DNA of 64,000 nucleotides from assembly GCA_963765675.1 (NCBI GenBank), contig CAVXXK010000001.1:1248001-1312000 (forward strand), written 5' to 3'. Positions within the stretch are counted from its first letter, which is position 1, and each line of letters opens with the position of its first letter. Shown here in pieces: positions 61,299 to 64,000 of this stretch. Below the pieces are notes generated by a model. It made no database searches, was not told the DNA's origin, and worked only from the letters and a program-made list of their open reading frames with translations. The position numbers and the translations under genes were made by a program. Source of the DNA: an uncultured delta proteobacterium. GTDB lineage: Bacteria; Desulfobacterota; Binatia; Binatales; Binataceae.

Positions 61299-62291
61299 AT
61301 GGCGACAAAAGTGCTCGTCACCGGCGCCGGTGGCTTTATCGGCAGTTTTCTGGCGGCGTTTCTCAAACAAAAAGGTTATTGGGTTCGCGGCGTCGATATC
61401 AAGAAGCCTGAATTTGCGCCCTCGGCATGCGATGACTTTCGGCTGCTCGACCTGCGGCGCTGGGAGAATTGCGTCGAAGCCACAAAGGGCATGGAAGAGG
61501 TCTATGCGCTCGCGGCCGATATGGGTGGAATGGGCTTCATCTCCGCGCATCATTCGCAGATCCTTTTCAACAACGCGATGATCAATTTTCAGACCCTCGA
61601 GGCTGCGCATCAGAACAACGTGAAGCGCTATCTGTACAGCTCCTCGGCGTGCATCTACCCCGAATTTAAGCAGACTGAGACCAACGTCACCCCACTGCGC
61701 GAAGAAGACGCCTATCCCGCGATGCCGCAGGACGCCTACGGCTGGGAGAAGCTCATCACCGAGCGGCTGTGCACGCACTATCGCGAGGATTACGGCCTCG
61801 AGACGCGTATCGTGCGCTTCCACAATATCTTCGGCCCCAAGGGCACTTGGGACGGTGGACGCGAGAAGGCGCCTGCCGCAATGTGCCGCAAAATCGCTTA
61901 TGCCAAGTTGACCGGAAATCATGAAATCGAGATCTGGGGCGACGGCGAGCAGACTCGTTCGTTCTGCTATATCGATGATTGCGTGCTCGGCATCTACAAG
62001 CTGATGCGTTCGGATCATCGCGAGCCGCTCAACCTCGGCCAGGATCGGATGGTCACGATCAACGAACTTGCCGACATGGTGGCGAATGCTGCGGCAGTTC
62101 GCATCAGCAAGAAGCACATCGACGGTCCGCAGGGTGTGCGCGGGCGTAACTCTGACAACACTCGCCTGCGCGCCGTATTGAAGTGGGAACCGGAAATCTC
62201 GCTGGAAGAGGGAATCAAACGCACCTACGTATGGATCGAGGAACAGGTGCGGCTTAAACTCGCAAGCGAGCCGGTGGCGGCATCGGCCTGA
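61299..62291 (+). CDS. GDP-mannose 3,5-epimerase-like NAD-dependent epimerase
   Basis: GAGGFIG, LAADMGGMGFI, SSACIYP, YGWEK, GGREKAPAA.CRK, WGDGEQTRSF, GPQGVRGRNSDN. Confidence 0.85.
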   Translation: MATKVLVTGAGGFIGSFLAAFLKQKGYWVRGVDIKKPEFAPSACDDFRLLDLRRWENCVEATKGMEEVYALAADMGGMGFISAHHSQILFNNAMINFQTLEAAHQNNVKRYLYSSSACIYPEFKQTETNVTPLREEDAYPAMPQDAYGWEKLITERLCTHYREDYGLETRIVRFHNIFGPKGTWDGGREKAPAAMCRKIAYAKLTGNHEIEIWGDGEQTRSFCYIDDCVLGIYKLMRSDHREPLNLGQDRMVTINELADMVANAAAVRISKKHIDGPQGVRGRNSDNTRLRAVLKWEPEISLEEGIKRTYVWIEEQVRLKLASEPVAASA

Positions 62292-62354
62292 CGGCAGACT
62301 ACTCGCACCTACATCGCGATCTCAGATTCTGACGCTCGCTCGGAGCGTATTCGC

Positions 62355-63569
62355 ACGCGACTGCTCTTTCTAAATCGCTCGTTCTGGCCTGATCCCGAAG
62401 CGACCGGTCAATTTCTGACCGAGCTTTGCGACGACCTGTCGGCGCAGCATCGGATTACGGTTATAGCCGGACCGTCGCTGCATCGCGAAGCCTCGCGCGA
62501 CGTATCGCCGCGTCGGATGCTCGCGTGGGAGCGCCGCGGCGAGATCGCGATTATCCGTACTTGGGGCACGCGTTTCTCAAAGACACGTCTGGCCGGACGG
62601 ATCACCAATCTCGCTACTTATTACATGCTTGCCGCGTTAGCGGCCCGGCGTATCCCTCGCCCAGATATCATTATCGCCGAGACCGATCCTCCACTGCTGG
62701 GCGCGCTGGGTGCCGCACTCAAGCGGCGCTTCGGTTGCCGCATGGTCTATAATGTCCGCGATCTTTATCCCGATATTGCTTACGCCAATCGCGGGCTCAA
62801 AAATCCTGCGCTGCTCGCGCTTCTCAATCGCGCAAATTCATTTGCCTATCGCCACGCCGACGAGGTCGTGACGCTCGGCCACGACATGGCAGAGCGCATA
62901 GTCGCGAAGGGCGTTTGCGCGGACAAGGTTTCGGTCATACCCGATTGGGTCGATACCACCCTCATCCAGCCGCTCGCGCACAATCCGTTCCGCACTCAAT
63001 TCGGCGAGCGATTCGTCGTGATGTATTCGGGCAATATCGGCCTTTCGCAGCAACTCGAGGCCGTGCTCGAAGCCGCCGCTCGCGTCGCAAACAATCCGGG
63101 TATTGTCTTCGTGCTGATCGGTGAAGGCGCGCGCAAGCCCGCGCTGATGAGGCTCGCACGCGAGCGCGGACTCGACAACGTAATGTTCCTGCCCTATCGC
63201 TCGAAAGAAGAGCTCTCCGAGTCCCTCGGTGGCGCCGACCTGCATTTGATCCCGCTGATGCGCGGCGCGGCCGGATGCTTGGTGCCGAGCAAGATCTACG
63301 GCATCCTCGCAGCCGGCCGGCCCTTCGTCGCGATGATGGAAGCGCATGCCGAGGTGGCGCGAATCGCGCGCGAGCGCCGCGTCGGATTCGTCGTCGAGCC
63401 GGGTGATGCTGGCGGGCTCGCTGACGTGATCCTCAACGCCAATCGCAATCGCAATGACCTGCGCGCGATGGGCGAGCGGGCGCGCGACGTCGCAGTGCGC
63501 CTATTCGATCGCACTGTCGCCACCAGCGCATTCGCCGCGATGCTCGACAGAGTGGGCCGATCCACTTGA
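62355..63569 (+). CDS. GT4 glycosyltransferase (WbuB/WcaI-like); start codon apparently ACG
   Basis: In-frame (M)RLLFLNRSFWPDPEATGQFLTEL lies upstream of the first ATG at 62517; TDPP, DLYPD, YSGNIG, VPSKIYGILAAGRP. Confidence 0.85.
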   Translation, partial: TRLLFLNRSFWPDPEATGQFLTELCDDLSAQHRITVIAGPSLHREASRDVSPRRMLAWERRGEIAIIRTWGTRFSKTRLAGRITNLATYYMLAALAARRIPRPDIIIAETDPPLLGALGAALKRRFGCRMVYNVRDLYPDIAYANRGLKNPALLALLNRANSFAYRHADEVVTLGHDMAERIVAKGVCADKVSVIPDWVDTTLIQPLAHNPFRTQFGERFVVMYSGNIGLSQQLEAVLEAAARVANNPGIVFVLIGEGARKPALMRLARERGLDNVMFLPYRSKEELSESLGGADLHLIPLMRGAAGCLVPSKIYGILAAGRPFVAMMEAHAEVARIARERRVGFVVEPGDAGGLADVILNANRNRNDLRAMGERARDVAVRLFDRTVATSAFAAMLDRVGRST

Positions 63570-63742
63570 ATTTTCTCGCTGCCGAAACGCTCGGCCGGCG
63601 ACCTCCAGACGCTCCCCGAATGCTACGAACTTAAGCTATCTCTATCGACTTTGTTTATCTTTACTACTCTCTTGCGGGTCGAGATACGCATCCGTATCCT
63701 GTAAATCGCTCGGCGGGGGACTGTTGAGGCCAGTTTTGCGCG

Positions 63743-64000
63743 ATGAGTGAGCAGTTCATTGCGATCGGTCTGGTCGCAGCGGTGGCGTTCGCATTTGCGG
63801 TCGCCACGCTGCCGATCGCGATCATCGTCGGTCGCAGGCTCGGGCTCACAGCCTTTCCGGCAGTTCACAGCTCAGCGGCTGAGCAAACCACGGAGTTTGG
63901 TGGCGCACCGATTGTCGGAGCGATCCTGATTGCGCTGGCGATGACGCATAGCCTGCCGCTCTGGATTCTGGCGGGGGCTGGCGCGTTGCTGATCATCGGA
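63743..64000 (+). CDS. WecA/MraY-family polyprenyl-phosphate sugar-phosphate transferase, partial
   Basis: Hand translation MSEQFIAIGLVAAVAFAFAVATLPIAIIVGRRLGL...TTEFGGAPIVGAILIAL...LLIIG is open to the window end. Confidence 0.6.
   Translation, partial: MSEQFIAIGLVAAVAFAFAVATLPIAIIVGRRLGLTAFPAVHSSAAEQTTEFGGAPIVGAILIALAMTHSLPLWILAGAGALLIIG

Noticed and set aside
62289-62350. Selenocysteine recoding of the epimerase TGA
   Set aside because: No convincing SECIS hairpin follows the codon, and the position is an inter-domain linker, not a catalytic Cys site.

Overview
GC-rich bacterial chromosomal window. The gene repertoire is reminiscent of soil/peat Binatota (Ca. Binatia), which is an inference only. 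A perfect parS palindrome at 14793-14808 suggests an origin-proximal location. The left half (1-31.6 kb) is a mosaic of transport, stress and envelope genes: a ytcA-mdtN-mdtO-like efflux operon divergent from a TolC-family gene; toxin-antitoxin remnants around a REP doublet; an ABC-2 exporter preceded by an apparent leader-peptide attenuator; csoR plus a double-HPP membrane protein divergent from a Cu-type P1B ATPase; a KirBac channel; desaturase plus CFA synthase; a Tat multicopper oxidase; an AcpA-like phosphoesterase; a Fur/PerR-rubrerythrin-Fe-S oxidoreductase-DUF3501 cluster; a secreted beta-propeller; and a DUF1302-like barrel. The right half (31.7-64 kb, running off the end) is one co-directional surface-polysaccharide locus. 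It is headed by an RfaH-like NusG paralog and carries a six-SLBB export protein, a lytic transglycosylase, Wzi, Wzz, Wzx, a Wzy-like protein, many glycosyltransferases, about six methyltransferases, an AsnB-type amidotransferase, a carbamoyltransferase and a GDP-mannose 3,5-epimerase-like enzyme. Several genes are broken by small insertions that look like long-read assembly errors. All product calls come from motif recognition by eye; no searches were run.
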